The translations under genes were made by a program, and so were the position numbers. A DNA stretch of 62,311 bases, the filler included. It is 4 parts of 4 records of this genome, joined end to end, with 100 filler letters (N's around TTAATTAATTAA, not from the genome) between each part and the next. Parts side by side here need not be neighbours in the genome. Positions count along the whole stretch, not along the records: positions 30,378 to 48,960 come from SRR31156797_3697; 3 more parts are not named here. The stretch is one strand, 5' to 3'. Of this stretch, positions 30,378 through 41,935 are shown piece after piece. The notes below the pieces were generated by a model, which was given only the letters and a program-made list of their open reading frames with translations, did not search any database and was not told the origin of the DNA. Positions within the stretch are counted from its first letter, which is position 1; each line of letters starts with the position of its first letter.

Positions 30378-32172
30378 CGCCATGGCCATGATTCAGCTCA
30401 TGCTCGGCAACATCGGTATCGCCGGTGGTGGTGTTAACGCTCTGCGCGGCGAATGCAATGTTCAGGGGTCTACTGACTACGCTCTCCTGTATCATATCCT
30501 CCCTGGTTATATTGCAACTCCACTTGCTGGACTGGACACTCTTGACCAGTACAACAAGAGATTTGCGCCTGTAACCAAGGACCCAAAGAGTGCAAACTGG
30601 TGGCAAAATTATCCTAAGTACTCTGCGAGCTTGCTCAAAGCTATGTACTCTGATGATGATCCAAGAAATGCTTATAGCTACCTGCCAAAGTTGGAAAACC
30701 ATAAGGCAAGCGAATACTCGTGGATTCCACTTATCGACCGCATGTACAATGGCGGATTCACTGGTGCATGGATTTGGGGTATGAACCCCGCATGCTCCAG
30801 CCCTGACGCTGTAAAGACACGTAAGGCTCTTTCTGAGCTGGATTGGATGGTCAACGTCAACGTTTTTGACTGCGAAACATCAAGCTTCTGGAAAGGTCCA
30901 GGGATGGATCCTGCCAAAGTTAAAACTGAAACATTCTTTATCCCTTGTGCAACAGCTCTCGAAAAAGAAGGTTCGGTTTCAAACTCTGGTCGTTGGATGC
31001 AGTGGCGCTATGCTGGGCCAGAACCCAAAGATGGCGTACTCACAGATGGTCACTACTTCCACGAATTGTGGGAAGAAATGGCCCATCTTTATGAGAAAGA
31101 CGGTGGAGCATATCCTGAACCAATCACCCGCATGAGCTTCGACAATATGTGTGTGGAAAATACCCATGGTCACATGGAGTTTAGCGCACAACAAACCGCA
31201 AGGCTCATTAACGGTTGGTTCACCAAAGATACTGTCGTCAAAGGTAAGCAGTTTAAGAAAGGGCAGCAGGTTCCTAGCTTTGCATACCTTCAGGATGATG
31301 GCTCCACCACATCCGGTAACTGGCTCTATTGTAACTCCGTAAGTGACACGGAAAACAAATCTGAGCGCCACAACTCCAGCCAGTCTCCTCTTCAGGAGAA
31401 GATTGGTTTGTTCCCGAATTGGACATGGTGTTGGCCTGTTAACCGCCGCATCCTCTATAATAGAGCATCCGTCGATCCAAAGGGCAAACCTTGGAACCCG
31501 GAACGAGTTGTTATTAAATGGAATGGTAAGAAATGGGAAGGCGACGTCCCTGACGGTGGTTGGGCCCCAGGCACCAAGCATCCGTTTATCATGCGCAAAA
31601 ACGGTTTCGGTCAGCTCTTTGGGCCAGGTCGCGCTGATGGGCCTTTGCCCGAATACTATGAGCCATTGGAATGTCCTGTTGAAAAGCATCCTTTCTCTGG
31701 CACGCTCCACAATCCGACAGCGGTTCAGGTGAAAAGCGAAGAGAAAGCCGTATGTGATCCACGCTATCCGTTTGTTGGTACTACGTACCGCGTGACCGAA
31801 CATTGGCAAACAGGGTCTATGACTCGCTGGTGTGACTGGTTGGTAGAGGCTGAACCTCAGATGTTTGTTGAGATCAGTCCACAACTTGCTGAACTTCGCG
31901 GTATTGAAAATGGTGAAAAAGTTACCATTGAAAGTGTTCGTGGTTCCTTATGGGCAATTGCAATGGTTACCGAACGAGTTCAGCCATTCAACATTGATGG
32001 TAACGACGTTCATATGGTCGGTATGCCTTGGCACTACGGCTGGGTGAAACCTGTCGACGGTGGCGATTCTGCAAATATTGTAACACCAAACGTTGGTGAC
32101 CCAAATACTGGTATTCCTGAATACAAAGCGTTCATGGTCAACTTACGCAAGTGGAAAGAAGGGGATAAATAA
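30378..32172 (+). CDS. fdhA: Mo/W formate dehydrogenase alpha subunit (3' part only)
   Basis: GGGVNALRGECNVQGSTD, EKEGSVSNSGRWMQW, WPVNRRILYNRAS, TTYRVTEHWQTG and GIPEYKAF. Confidence 0.95.
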
Positions 32173-32924
32173 TGAGTGGTAAAAGCTTTTTTGTTGATCT
32201 GACTCTTTGCACCGCGTGTCGAGGTTGTCAGGTTGCATGTAAGCAGTGGAAAAATCTCCCTGCCGAAAAAACGCGCAATGTTGGCTCCCACCAGAATCCA
32301 CAAGACTTGTCTTCCAAGACTATCCGTCTTGTTCGTTTCCACGAAGAGCGTGATACCAATGGCAAACTGCAATGGAACTTTTTCCCAGAACAGTGCCGTC
32401 ATTGTCTCGAACCTCCTTGTAAGTCCATCGGGAATATGTACTGCGAAAATGGTATTGAACAAGATCCCAAAACTGGGGCTGTTGTTATGAATAGCCGCAC
32501 TTCGGGCATTGGTGACAAGGTTACCAGTGAAGAATTGTGTCCATATAACGTACCCCGCATGGACGAAGAGAGCGGAGAATGGTTCAAGTGCGATATGTGC
32601 TTGGACCGCGTAGAAGCTGGCCTTCTTCCTGCCTGTGTTCAAAGTTGTCCTACTGGCACTATGAACTTTGGGGATCGTGAAGATATGATCGCTCTCGCGG
32701 AAAAACGTTTGGCAGAAGTGAAGAAAACCAACCCGGATGCTTACCTTGCAGACCCTGAGTCTGTTCGTGTCATTTACTTATGTACTGCTTCGCCAGAAAG
32801 CTACAATGGTAATTTGCTTGCATCTTTGGGTGGAAGCAAAATGATGAAAAATGCACAGGCCAAAAGTGGCGTCAATCGACGTGATTTGCTTGCCGGTCGC
32901 TTTGGCTCAAAGGCAAAAGCGTAA
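32172..32924 (+). CDS. fdhB: Formate dehydrogenase beta (Fe-S) subunit
   Basis: CTACRGCQVAC, CRHCLEPPC and KCDMC..PACVQSCPTG. Confidence 0.93.
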   Translation: MSGKSFFVDLTLCTACRGCQVACKQWKNLPAEKTRNVGSHQNPQDLSSKTIRLVRFHEERDTNGKLQWNFFPEQCRHCLEPPCKSIGNMYCENGIEQDPKTGAVVMNSRTSGIGDKVTSEELCPYNVPRMDEESGEWFKCDMCLDRVEAGLLPACVQSCPTGTMNFGDREDMIALAEKRLAEVKKTNPDAYLADPESVRVIYLCTASPESYNGNLLASLGGSKMMKNAQAKSGVNRRDLLAGRFGSKAKA

Positions 32925-32948
32925 ACATACATACGTAAAGGAAATAGT

Positions 32949-33365
32949 ATGAAAAAAGTATTCATCATGTCCCTGCTGTGTGTTTGTTTTACCGCAGTAT
33001 TGGCCTTTGCTCAGACGGAGCTGGTCTCAGCTATTGATGCCCCTGATGATGACCTTGAAATTAATGTCATTGAAGGAAACAGCAAGCGCAACCTCGGGGT
33101 TGTCTTCAATCATTCCAGTCATGAGGACATTGATTGCTTCACCTGTCATCACAAAAACGAAGTAGCAGATGAACCTGAGTCGTGCGCGAACTGCCATACC
33201 GATGTGACTCCGGATGCTCAGGGGCATAAGTCCTACTTCCGTGCAATGCATGTGAAAGGCACTGGAAAAGCGTCTTGTCTCTCTTGTCATCAAGAAGAGT
33301 TTGCTGGCGACAAGGACTTGACTGGTTGCGCTAACTCCTCGTGTCACCCCAATGGGTTGTACTAG
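32949..33365 (+). CDS. Tetraheme cytochrome c3 subunit of formate dehydrogenase (FdhC3-like)
   Basis: Signal peptide, VFNHSSH, heme motifs CFTCHH, CANCH, CLSCH and CANSSCH. Confidence 0.88.
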   Translation: MKKVFIMSLLCVCFTAVLAFAQTELVSAIDAPDDDLEINVIEGNSKRNLGVVFNHSSHEDIDCFTCHHKNEVADEPESCANCHTDVTPDAQGHKSYFRAMHVKGTGKASCLSCHQEEFAGDKDLTGCANSSCHPNGLY

Positions 33366-33484
33366 AGGAATAACAGTATTAGGGCTTCGTGGCATCTTTA
33401 TGCTGAGATCACTGATGTATACGAAATACGTATCATCTACTGAATGCTGACCGATGCCGACAGCTAGTACTAAAACATAAACAC

Positions 33485-33522
33485 TCGGGGCGGAGTACCT
33501 CTCCGCTCCGGGTTTCTTTTAT
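33485..33522 (+). terminator. Intrinsic terminator after the fdh operon
   Basis: TCGGGGCGGAG-TACCT-CTCCGCTCCGGG followed by TTTCTTTTT. Confidence 0.6.
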
Positions 33523-34008
33523 TCCGTTTTACAGTTTGCTCAAAATGTTTGCTGGCAAGACGTTGCAGCAATCAAGGCCACCTCATATTGCTCGTGCGTA
33601 ATGATTTGATCGGTTCGAAGCAAGACAGCCCCGCGAGGATTTTGAAGAAATTGATGAAACACCTCCGTAAGTTGTCGCGCCGGACCTTGCGACACATGAC
33701 TAACGGAGTTTCTTCAGGCCCCACGTAGTGTGCTATTTACGTGGGGCCTATTTATTTAAGAAACCGGATAGATGGAATTGCCTTTTTTTTCGGAGAGAAG
33801 GTCTGTCGCTGTATAACTCAAAGACTTTCTAATACCAAAATACACTGTTTTCTTCATGGCTCAGGCATCAAATATTCAGGCTAGAACATTTGGGGGCGTT
33901 AGATAAAAGGAGTCTCTTGTGGCGGGTGCAGCCCCAGGGTATACAGGATTGTTCATGCATGAATGCTGGAGATATCTGTCAACGGTCTTTTCTTATCTGG
34001 GTGTTTGT

Positions 34009-34785
34009 TTAACGATAATTTTTATTATTCTTTTTTGCGTCATCAATGGGCGTTAGCAAAAGTGTCTTTCTGATGTTTAGGCGATGCAGGAAAGTGTCCA
34101 GTGAACATTTGAGGACCCCAATACCATATTTGCAGGACCGCATGAAACTGATGGAGGACGAATCTTTTTCATACTTTGTTGGGCAGGTTACTTCGCCGAT
34201 TTTGAATCCGGCGTATACGGTCTGGCATAACATTTGGTTGTCAAAAATGAAATCATCAGAATTCTGATCGAGGGGAAGTGTTTCAAGAATTTCACGAGAG
34301 AATGCACGGTAGCCGGTGTGGTATTCGGACAATTTTTCGTTGATAAGCAGGTTTTGGATCAAGGTAAGGAAGCGGTTGGATATATATTTGTACAAAGGCA
34401 TGCCTCCAGTTCGTGCTCCTTTCCCGAGAATGCGAGAACCAAGCATGCAGTCGTGAACGCCTTCGGCAATAGGGGAGACCATGGCCGGAATGAGTTTCGG
34501 GGTGTATTGATAGTCTGGGTGGAGCATGACAACGATGTCTGCGCCGCATTCGAGGGCTTTGGCATAGCATGTCTTTTGATTGCCGCCATAGCCTACATTT
34601 TGCGGATGAACGAATGTTTTGATACCTAATATCTTGGCAATTTCGGCTGTATTATCTTTGCTTTGGTCATCGACTAGGATGGCTTCATCCACGTAGCCGT
34701 TAGGTATTTCATCATAAGTCTTTTTAAGTGTGCTCGCCGCATTGTATGCAGGCATGACTATGACGACTTTTTTCCCGTTCAGCAT
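34009..34785 (-). CDS. GT2 glycosyltransferase (DPM1/polyprenol-phosphate type)
   Basis: VMPAYNAA, LVDDQSKD, NVGYGGNQK, HPDYQY and SEYHTGYRAF. Confidence 0.9.
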   Translation of the reverse strand: MLNGKKVVIVMPAYNAASTLKKTYDEIPNGYVDEAILVDDQSKDNTAEIAKILGIKTFVHPQNVGYGGNQKTCYAKALECGADIVVMLHPDYQYTPKLIPAMVSPIAEGVHDCMLGSRILGKGARTGGMPLYKYISNRFLTLIQNLLINEKLSEYHTGYRAFSREILETLPLDQNSDDFIFDNQMLCQTVYAGFKIGEVTCPTKYEKDSSSISFMRSCKYGIGVLKCSLDTFLHRLNIRKTLLLTPIDDAKKNNKNYR

Positions 34786-34834
34786 TGGGGGTCCCGTTTT
34801 GTCTGTTGTGTATGTTGTCGAAATGACGTGGTAA

Positions 34835-35578
34835 TTAAATACTATAGTTGCGTTTGATTTTAATGAGGTCCATCAGTGATGCAACGTAATCCATGGGAGA
34901 CAGCTTGGAACCATCAATATCGTACCAGTGTTGAAGAGGGACTTCTCGTATGGTTTCAAGTGCCATGCACCGGCCATGAATGATGAGAAAACGAGCTAGA
35001 ATTTCTACATCGAATATCCATGGAGAAATAAAGGGCGGGGAGAAGAGAGCCAATGCCTTATCTGCTCGGAAAATTTTTGCACCGCATTGGGTGTCGTAGA
35101 CCGGTATGGTGAGGATTTGTGAAACAAATGTTGCAAATATTCTGCCTAGATAATGTCGACTTATTGTGCGTTGAATATCTGTGCCAAGTCGTTGGTGTCG
35201 ACACCCCATTAATATATTCCAGTTAGGCGTATCATTTGCTTCGCGCGCGAATATTTGCAGTTCACGAAAAGGGGTGGCCAGATCTGCGTCCCAATATCCC
35301 ACGCAGTTAGCTTCTGATGTCGACAATCCATGCAAAATGCCCGTACGTACCGCTTCCGCTTTTCCTTTATTTTCTTGATGCTTGAGAACCGTTACGGCAC
35401 AAGGATGTTTTTGTTGTATTTTAAGAAGAATATCATGGGTCGCATCACAACTGCCATCGTCAACCATACAAATATGTGTTTTTGACGAATTCTCCAAAAA
35501 ACGAAAGATCGCCTCTATAGGGAGTCGTTTTTCTTCGTTGAAACAGGGGATAACTAGCCACAAACTTGATGAAAACAT
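34835..35578 (-). CDS. GT2 glycosyltransferase (dolichyl-phosphate glucosyltransferase-like)
   Basis: IPCFNEE, VDDGSCD, NKGKAEAVR, DADLATP, DTQCGAKIF and WIFDVE. Confidence 0.9.
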   Translation of the reverse strand: MFSSSLWLVIPCFNEEKRLPIEAIFRFLENSSKTHICMVDDGSCDATHDILLKIQQKHPCAVTVLKHQENKGKAEAVRTGILHGLSTSEANCVGYWDADLATPFRELQIFAREANDTPNWNILMGCRHQRLGTDIQRTISRHYLGRIFATFVSQILTIPVYDTQCGAKIFRADKALALFSPPFISPWIFDVEILARFLIIHGRCMALETIREVPLQHWYDIDGSKLSPMDYVASLMDLIKIKRNYSI

Positions 35579-35827
35579 AGATGGTATTTTGCATGGTTAA
35601 GTGTTGAGTGTGCCGCTTTTTTCTGTTCGGTTTATGTGAAGATGCAACGGCTAAAAAGCTAATTCAAAGATTTTATGTAATTTCTGGATTTTCTTTGCTT
35701 TTGTCAAGTGAATTGGAATCGAAGGGGTGTTGCTTTCTTGCTTTTCGTGTGAGGGTGGTGCTATTGATTCATCAAATTATTCTGATACTCGCAATACTCA
35801 TTCCTAATTTTGTTTTTCGGAGAATAG

Positions 35828-36868
35828 ATGACTGGGCCTTCTACTAACGTCGTTTCTAAATTGGGCGTTTCCAAATCGACTTTTGCCAAGGCCGTGGCTA
35901 TTTCTTTTATCGGTTCTTTTTTCCTTTTGGGAATTGTCATATGGAATGCTGATTGGGACTTACTTCAAGATTCTTTTATCCATATATCTCTTCCATGGTT
36001 CATCGCTAGTGCGTGCTTTATGGTTGCTATTCAATTGAGTGCAGGCTTGCGGTTGGCACACCTTTTACCTGATGAAAATGGAGCCGTACTTCCTGTCTAT
36101 GGAGCTGCCGTTGAGGTGAGCTTCATGTTTCAGGCCCTCATCAAATTGTTACCATTTCGTATGGGAGAAGCTGCCTACTTTTGGTTGGCCAAAAAAAAAC
36201 TTGATGCGTCATTTGAAAAAAATCTGGGTGTTTTCTTACGTTTCAGATTGTGGGATCTGCGTATTATTGCCATCAGTTTTATAATGTGCGGTGGATGGAT
36301 TGTGGTTACCCAATACACGTGGCTAAAAGTGTATGTTTGTATCGCTGCAGGGCTTGGTGTGGCGTTTTTTATGTTGTCCCCCAAACGTATACTCGGCTTG
36401 ATTCAAAAGGTTTTCAAGCTAGTTGCATTGTTGCCGGGGCTTTCTTTTCTGCGTCATTTTACTGAGGTTTTGGATCGATCTGTCGTCCGTATTGATGAAG
36501 ATGAGCATAGGGTGTCCGAGTTGACACTTTTTTGGCAGAGTCTTTTGATTTGGAGCTGCTACTATGGTGTATTTTATTGTTTGATGCGAGGGATTGGTAT
36601 GGAGGTCAGCGTGGTGCTTGCCATTGCAGTCTCTAGTGGAATGACTCTTGTCGGCATAGTGCCTATTCAGACTATCGGAGGCCTTGGACTCGTCGAGATT
36701 GGACAATCTTCAATGTATGTGCTGGCGGGAATCCCTGCGGCTGAGGCGGCGAGTAGAAGTTTGACTGTAAGTTGTCTGTTTCTAAGCTTGAGCATTGTTA
36801 TCCCGTTGTGTCTATGGGGTTGTTTTGTTGGCGTTAAGAAAATTACGAGAATAGGCAGAGCTCGCTAA
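35828..36868 (+). CDS. LPG-synthase-TM / flippase-like membrane protein
   Basis: Multi-TM; LLPFRMGE and PIQTIGGLGLVE motifs; next to the GT2 genes. Confidence 0.75.
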   Translation: MTGPSTNVVSKLGVSKSTFAKAVAISFIGSFFLLGIVIWNADWDLLQDSFIHISLPWFIASACFMVAIQLSAGLRLAHLLPDENGAVLPVYGAAVEVSFMFQALIKLLPFRMGEAAYFWLAKKKLDASFEKNLGVFLRFRLWDLRIIAISFIMCGGWIVVTQYTWLKVYVCIAAGLGVAFFMLSPKRILGLIQKVFKLVALLPGLSFLRHFTEVLDRSVVRIDEDEHRVSELTLFWQSLLIWSCYYGVFYCLMRGIGMEVSVVLAIAVSSGMTLVGIVPIQTIGGLGLVEIGQSSMYVLAGIPAAEAASRSLTVSCLFLSLSIVIPLCLWGCFVGVKKITRIGRAR

Positions 36869-36988
36869 TAATATTGTGTCGATAACAATGACAAGTATAA
36901 GTGTCTGATATCAGATTATAAAATATGTCGTACATGCGTTGAGCAAAAGGGGATAAACGAACGGAATCTTTTTATGGTTAGTTAGTTG

Positions 36989-37041
36989 AATTCAACCCCA
37001 CGTCCTCTTGAATGATATTTGAGAGGACGTGGGGTTGAATT
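36989..37041. terminator. Bidirectional terminator hairpin
   Basis: 20-bp IR AATTCAACCCCACGTCCTCT / AGAGGACGTGGGGTTGAATT between convergent genes. Confidence 0.75.
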
Positions 37042-37110
37042 TTAAAGTTTAACCAGAAAAGAGTTTGAGTTTTAGATAATTACCATATTTTTTGAGGTGT
37101 GGTTATGTTG

Positions 37111-39012
37111 TTAAAACCGTTCGTATCCGTCGCGACCAGCGGTCTGTGTTCCCGTAGGAAGTTGTGCAGGCGAATCATTCCGTCTGACAATCGTCGTCGT
37201 TTGCGAACGAACTTCGCCATTCGCGTGGCCGATATTGAAGAAAGCCACTGTTTCGCTGAGATGTGCAGCTTGTGAACTCAGTTGTTCAGAAGTCGATGAC
37301 ATCTCCTCCGAGGCCGCTGCAGCCTGTTGGATTACCTGATCAAGCTGATGAATAGCCCGATTCACGGTCTCAGCTCCGGCATTCTGTTCATCGCTTGCCG
37401 CAGCTATCTCTTGAATCAGCTCCGAAGTGTGCTGAATGTCAGGGACCATTTTACTTAGCATTTTACCTGCTTCTTCGGCTACGGCGACACTGGATGCCGA
37501 CAAATCGCTGATCTCGGCAGCGGCCATACCGGAACGTTCAGCCAACTTTCGTACTTCGGCTGCAACCACGGCAAACCCTTTGCCATGTTCGCCGGCGCGA
37601 GCGGCCTCAATGGCGGCGTTCAAAGCGAGAAGATTGGTTTGACGAGCGATTTCCTCAATAACGGATATTTTGTCTGCTATTTCCCGCATGGCTTCGACAG
37701 TTTTTGCAACAGCCTTGCCGCCTTTTTCCGCCTCTATGGCAGACTGGCGGGATATGCGTTCGGTTTCTCGCGAATTTTCGGCATTTTGACTGATGTTGGA
37801 AACCATTTCTTCCATGGACGCCGAGACTTCTTCGATACTTGCAGCCTGTTCCGTTGCCCCCTGTGCCAGAACTTGCGCCGTAGAAGAAAGCTCTTCAGCG
37901 CCTCCACTGACCGATAAAACTGTAGAACGGACTTCGCCGACAACTGACAAAAGCTGTTGCCCCATGTTCTTGAGGGATTGCATCAGCTTTCCGATTTCAT
38001 CGTTCTGACTTTTCCCCTCCTCAACATGAGTTAAATCACCTTGCTCAATTCGGCTGAGTCCCGTGTCGACTGTCTCTAGCGGCTTAAAAATAACGGTCTT
38101 TACGAGAAAAGTGAGAATCAGGGCAGACAGGATTAAAGCGACAATCGCCGTAATAATGTTGAAAATCAGATTATCAATGGAATCGGCCTGAATTATATCT
38201 ATCTTTTCATAGGTCCAGACCTTCCAACCAAGAGAATCAATAACGTAGACACTGCCCTCATAGTCTACTCCATTCATTACAAAACGGATTCTGTCGGCTG
38301 AGTTGGAATCCTTGAAATTAGCAAGAGAAGGGACCTCTTCCCAAAGGCTTTTGCCGATTTGCTCTTTGTCCACGCTTGCCATGATGTAGCCATCCGGGCG
38401 TGAAAGGAAAATATTTTTAAAATTAAGTGTATTCTGCGTGATTTCAGTGATGGTTGTTAATGGCAGATTGAGACAGAGAACGCCTTCGGTCTGCCCGGAA
38501 ACAGTGATGGGAACAGCCACGGCCATAACAGTCTGTCCTATTGAAGAGACATACGGTGTGGTTACAATACGTTTTTCTCCGTTGAAAACACGTCTAAACC
38601 ATTCTCGACCTACTTTCTTGGCGTTAAAATTTGGAACCCTGCCTTTGGCGCCAATCGAAAAAGTGCTTCCATCGCTAAGGCAGTAATATGTATCCTTGAC
38701 GCCAGCCTGTTTTGCGAGTTGACCAAGCAAATTCACTCGGTAGGCAAGCTGTTCCTGTTCATCTGAAGCGGTTCCGCCGTTATAGAGATTGGATATGAGT
38801 TCCAGTTCGCTGAAGTAAGTGTTTGTTTTTTCTTTGACAGCCTTACCGACTGCCAAGGAAGCAGTGTCCAGTTCCTTCATATGATTATCATAAGATGAGT
38901 TGCTGAAACTTCTATAGGAAAACACTGTCATAGTTAAAATGATGATCGTGAAAAAAAGAAACACACTCAGAACTATTTTGTTTTTTGCGCTTATGGTCAT
39001 ATTTTTCCTCAT
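37111..39012 (-). CDS. Methyl-accepting chemotaxis protein (dCache-like sensor, HAMP)
   Basis: Two TMs, DEIGKL HAMP and [38 protein letters not shown]. Confidence 0.95.
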   Translation of the reverse strand: MRKNMTISAKNKIVLSVFLFFTIIILTMTVFSYRSFSNSSYDNHMKELDTASLAVGKAVKEKTNTYFSELELISNLYNGGTASDEQEQLAYRVNLLGQLAKQAGVKDTYYCLSDGSTFSIGAKGRVPNFNAKKVGREWFRRVFNGEKRIVTTPYVSSIGQTVMAVAVPITVSGQTEGVLCLNLPLTTITEITQNTLNFKNIFLSRPDGYIMASVDKEQIGKSLWEEVPSLANFKDSNSADRIRFVMNGVDYEGSVYVIDSLGWKVWTYEKIDIIQADSIDNLIFNIITAIVALILSALILTFLVKTVIFKPLETVDTGLSRIEQGDLTHVEEGKSQNDEIGKLMQSLKNMGQQLLSVVGEVRSTVLSVSGGAEELSSTAQVLAQGATEQAASIEEVSASMEEMVSNISQNAENSRETERISRQSAIEAEKGGKAVAKTVEAMREIADKISVIEEIARQTNLLALNAAIEAARAGEHGKGFAVVAAEVRKLAERSGMAAAEISDLSASSVAVAEEAGKMLSKMVPDIQHTSELIQEIAAASDEQNAGAETVNRAIHQLDQVIQQAAAASEEMSSTSEQLSSQAAHLSETVAFFNIGHANGEVRSQTTTIVRRNDSPAQLPTGTQTAGRDGYERF

Positions 39013-39057
39013 TTTGCTGAAATCAAGAAATAAATCCGGTGCACAACTTTAAAAAAG

Positions 39058-40002
39058 TTATTCGCCGTCCCACAAATTTTCCGACGTATACGACGAGCCT
39101 TCCATCATCCAGTGAGAGCCGTCGAGAAAACGGTAGCCGGCATCAAGCCCGTTGATCACCGTCATGTCTTTTTCGTCGAGCACAATGTCAGCGGCGGCCA
39201 AATTTTGCTGCAACCGCATGGGATTGGTGGATTTGGGAATAACGGACGTGTTGCGAGTCACTGCCCACCCCAACAAAACAGAGGCGGGTGTCGTGTCATG
39301 CTTTTTTGCTATGGCGATGATGTCTGGATGATCAAGAAGACTTGGTTCGCCTTCTTTGATTTGGTGCGCGGGGCGATGTTTGGAACCAAGAGGAGCAAAG
39401 CCGGTCACGATAATACCGTTATCAGCACAGAATTTACGCATCCTGTTCTGTTGAAGATAAGGGTGCATTTCCACTTGGCTTACCGCCGGCCGAATTGTGC
39501 CATTGTCGAGTAGAATCTGAATTTTCTTGGTGCTGAAATTGGATGTCCCGATGTGACGCACCAGTCCTTCCTTTACGCATTCTTCAAGTGCGCCCCACGT
39601 TTCAAGAGCGTGTTCCGTCGTCCATGGAATAAGGTCGGTGGCGGACTGTGGGTACATAACCATATGTGAAATTTGTACTGGCCAATGAATGAGATAAAGA
39701 TCGAGATAGTCTAGGCAAAGCGCCTTAAGAGAATTGACCAAAGCTGTCCGTACATCTTGAGGCCGCTGGGAATTATTCCAAAGTTTGGACGTAACCCACA
39801 GTTCTTGCCGGGGGACGCGCGTAGATGTCAGGGCTTCTCCGATTTCCGTTTCATTGCCGTAAACATGGGCGCAGTCAATATGGCGATAGCCTATGCTGAG
39901 GGCCTTGGAGACGGCTTGACCGACCTCTCCTTTTGCTGCCTGCCATGTTCCGAGGCCGAGGGCAGGCATTTTGCTGTCAGTGTGCAGTGTCAGATATTTC
40001 AT
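39058..40002 (-). CDS. Aldo/keto reductase
   Basis: LGLGTW, GYRHIDCAHVYGNE, SKLWN, DLYLIHWP, IGTSNF and IPKS. Confidence 0.93.
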   Translation of the reverse strand: MKYLTLHTDSKMPALGLGTWQAAKGEVGQAVSKALSIGYRHIDCAHVYGNETEIGEALTSTRVPRQELWVTSKLWNNSQRPQDVRTALVNSLKALCLDYLDLYLIHWPVQISHMVMYPQSATDLIPWTTEHALETWGALEECVKEGLVRHIGTSNFSTKKIQILLDNGTIRPAVSQVEMHPYLQQNRMRKFCADNGIIVTGFAPLGSKHRPAHQIKEGEPSLLDHPDIIAIAKKHDTTPASVLLGWAVTRNTSVIPKSTNPMRLQQNLAAADIVLDEKDMTVINGLDAGYRFLDGSHWMMEGSSYTSENLWDGE

Positions 40003-40069
40003 GATTCCCCCTACGGAAACGGCCCCGCCAGAAACTGACGGGGCCGGATGTGGTTTGTTGGTGGTTGAG

Positions 40070-41368
40070 CTACTGTCCTGCGCCGAGCACAGAGGGAAGC
40101 CATGTGCTGAGGAATGGGCAGTAAATTACAATGAGAATGCACATCGTAAGGACGAATAGGTATGGCAAAACTGCGAGGGATATTTTTTCCACAGACAGGT
40201 TTGCAATACGGGAAGCCACGAAGAGGTTGACGCCCAAAGGAGGGGTCAACATGGCAACTTCGTTGGTGATAACCATGATAACACCGAAGTGAATAGGGTC
40301 GATACCAAGACCAACAACCATAGGCAGGAGCACCGGGGCCAGGATGATCATTGTGGAGAGGGTCTCCATGAACATGCCCAGGAAGTAAAGGATACCAACA
40401 ATCATCAAAAGGACGATCTCAGGATCTTTCGATACTCCGAAAACCATATTTGCCAAACGCAGCGGCGCCTGTTCATAGGTCAGTATCTTGCCGAAAAGCG
40501 TGGATGCACCGACAATAAAGAGGACCGTACCGCAGAGCATAGCTCCTTCCAGCAGAGACAACTTGATGTGTTTCCACCTCAGCGCCTTGTTGATTACGAT
40601 ACCGACGAACAGAGCCCAGACAATGGCGATAACGGAAGCTTCAACCGGCGTTGCCATACCTGTGTAAATGGAACCCAGGATAATAAAAGGCGTCGCAAGG
40701 GCGAAACCGCCTTTGGAAAGGCTTTTTAAAAAGACTTTTAAGTTGAATGGTGGTTGTTCCACGTCGGCTTTGACACCTTCCAGCTTCGCTTTGAGCATAG
40801 CCATGGAAGTCATACACACTGCAACCATCAGGCCGGGCAGAATGCCTGCTGTGAACATGGCGGTAACAGATACGTTGGCCAGGATGGCAAAGATGATCAT
40901 GGGGTTACTCGGCGGCAGCAGGATACCGATGGTACCACCGGACGAAGCCGATGCCGCAGCGTAAGACGGGGTGTATCCGTTACGAACCATGGATGGGATC
41001 ATCAGGGTGCCGATTGCAGCAACTGTTCCCGGGCCGGAGCCTGAGATGGCAGCAAAGAAAGTACACGCCAGAATAGTTGTAATGCCGAGTCCGCCAGGCA
41101 AACGGCCGACGAGCTGTTTCACGACATCAATAATCTGTTTCGTAATGTTACCGTATTCCATTAGCGTTCCGGCAATGACGAAACAAGGAATTGCAAGGAG
41201 CGGGAACAGGTTCACGCCATCAAACAAAGAGTTGTGAATGATGGACATCGGAAGATAGCCACACGTCGTAATGGCGATGACGGCTGAAATGATCAAGGAC
41301 ATGAAGATGGGCATGCCAATGAAAAAACAGACAATCAGGGATAAGATGGTAATAGCGAGAGTAGACAT
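40070..41368 (-). CDS. dctM: TRAP transporter large permease
   Basis: LLAIPCF, FAAISGSG, GILLPPS, IDPIHFG and TPPLGVNLF. Confidence 0.93.
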   Translation of the reverse strand: MSTLAITILSLIVCFFIGMPIFMSLIISAVIAITTCGYLPMSIIHNSLFDGVNLFPLLAIPCFVIAGTLMEYGNITKQIIDVVKQLVGRLPGGLGITTILACTFFAAISGSGPGTVAAIGTLMIPSMVRNGYTPSYAAASASSGGTIGILLPPSNPMIIFAILANVSVTAMFTAGILPGLMVAVCMTSMAMLKAKLEGVKADVEQPPFNLKVFLKSLSKGGFALATPFIILGSIYTGMATPVEASVIAIVWALFVGIVINKALRWKHIKLSLLEGAMLCGTVLFIVGASTLFGKILTYEQAPLRLANMVFGVSKDPEIVLLMIVGILYFLGMFMETLSTMIILAPVLLPMVVGLGIDPIHFGVIMVITNEVAMLTPPLGVNLFVASRIANLSVEKISLAVLPYLFVLTMCILIVIYCPFLSTWLPSVLGAGQ

Positions 41369-41877
41369 TACGCTTCCCCTCCACCGATTTTAGCAAGACT
41401 CATCAAATCATGGTTCTTGATCAGTTCCCAATATTTCATAACCAATCTCAGGTTCATGAGCAGAAAGCATGCTGGCAGCATGACTTCAACATACCCTTTG
41501 ACAATACCTAACGTTGGGGAAACTTCGGGAAATTCAAATGCGCTCTGCAAAGCCAAACCCGATTGATAAGCGATAAAAAAGTTTGCCGCGATCCAGAGTA
41601 GGTCCGTGAAGATAGTCACGCCGACTCTGATCTTTGGGGGGAAAACCAAAAACTGGGCCGTGATGCGCACATGCTGGCTATGTTTTACGGCCAGTACGCC
41701 TCCCATGTAGACGGACCAGATGAAGCTGTAACGGGACAGCTCTTCAGTCCAAGCGAGAGAGGAGCTCAGAACAAAGCGCATGAAGACTTGGAGAGTGAGG
41801 GCGAACACCATAGTCGCCATCAGAGCCATGCAGGCACTTTCTTCAAAGTTTGCAAAGAATTTTTTCATAATAGTCAT
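41368..41877 (-). CDS. dctQ: TRAP transporter small permease
   Basis: QVFMRFV..WTEELSRY, HVRI; four TMs. Confidence 0.9.
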   Translation of the reverse strand: MTIMKKFFANFEESACMALMATMVFALTLQVFMRFVLSSSLAWTEELSRYSFIWSVYMGGVLAVKHSQHVRITAQFLVFPPKIRVGVTIFTDLLWIAANFFIAYQSGLALQSAFEFPEVSPTLGIVKGYVEVMLPACFLLMNLRLVMKYWELIKNHDLMSLAKIGGGEA

Positions 41878-41935
41878 ATTTTAATTGTGAGTAGGAGGTT
41901 ATGGGCGGGCCGTAGCCCGCCCTTTCAATACTCGT

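Noticed and set aside
30979-31884. 301-aa antisense ORF and similar nested ORFs across the window
   Set aside because: They overlap well-supported genes on the other strand or frame
30378-32172. Selenocysteine/SECIS in fdhA
   Set aside because: The Sec/Cys-bearing N-terminal part lies outside the contig, so it cannot be assessed
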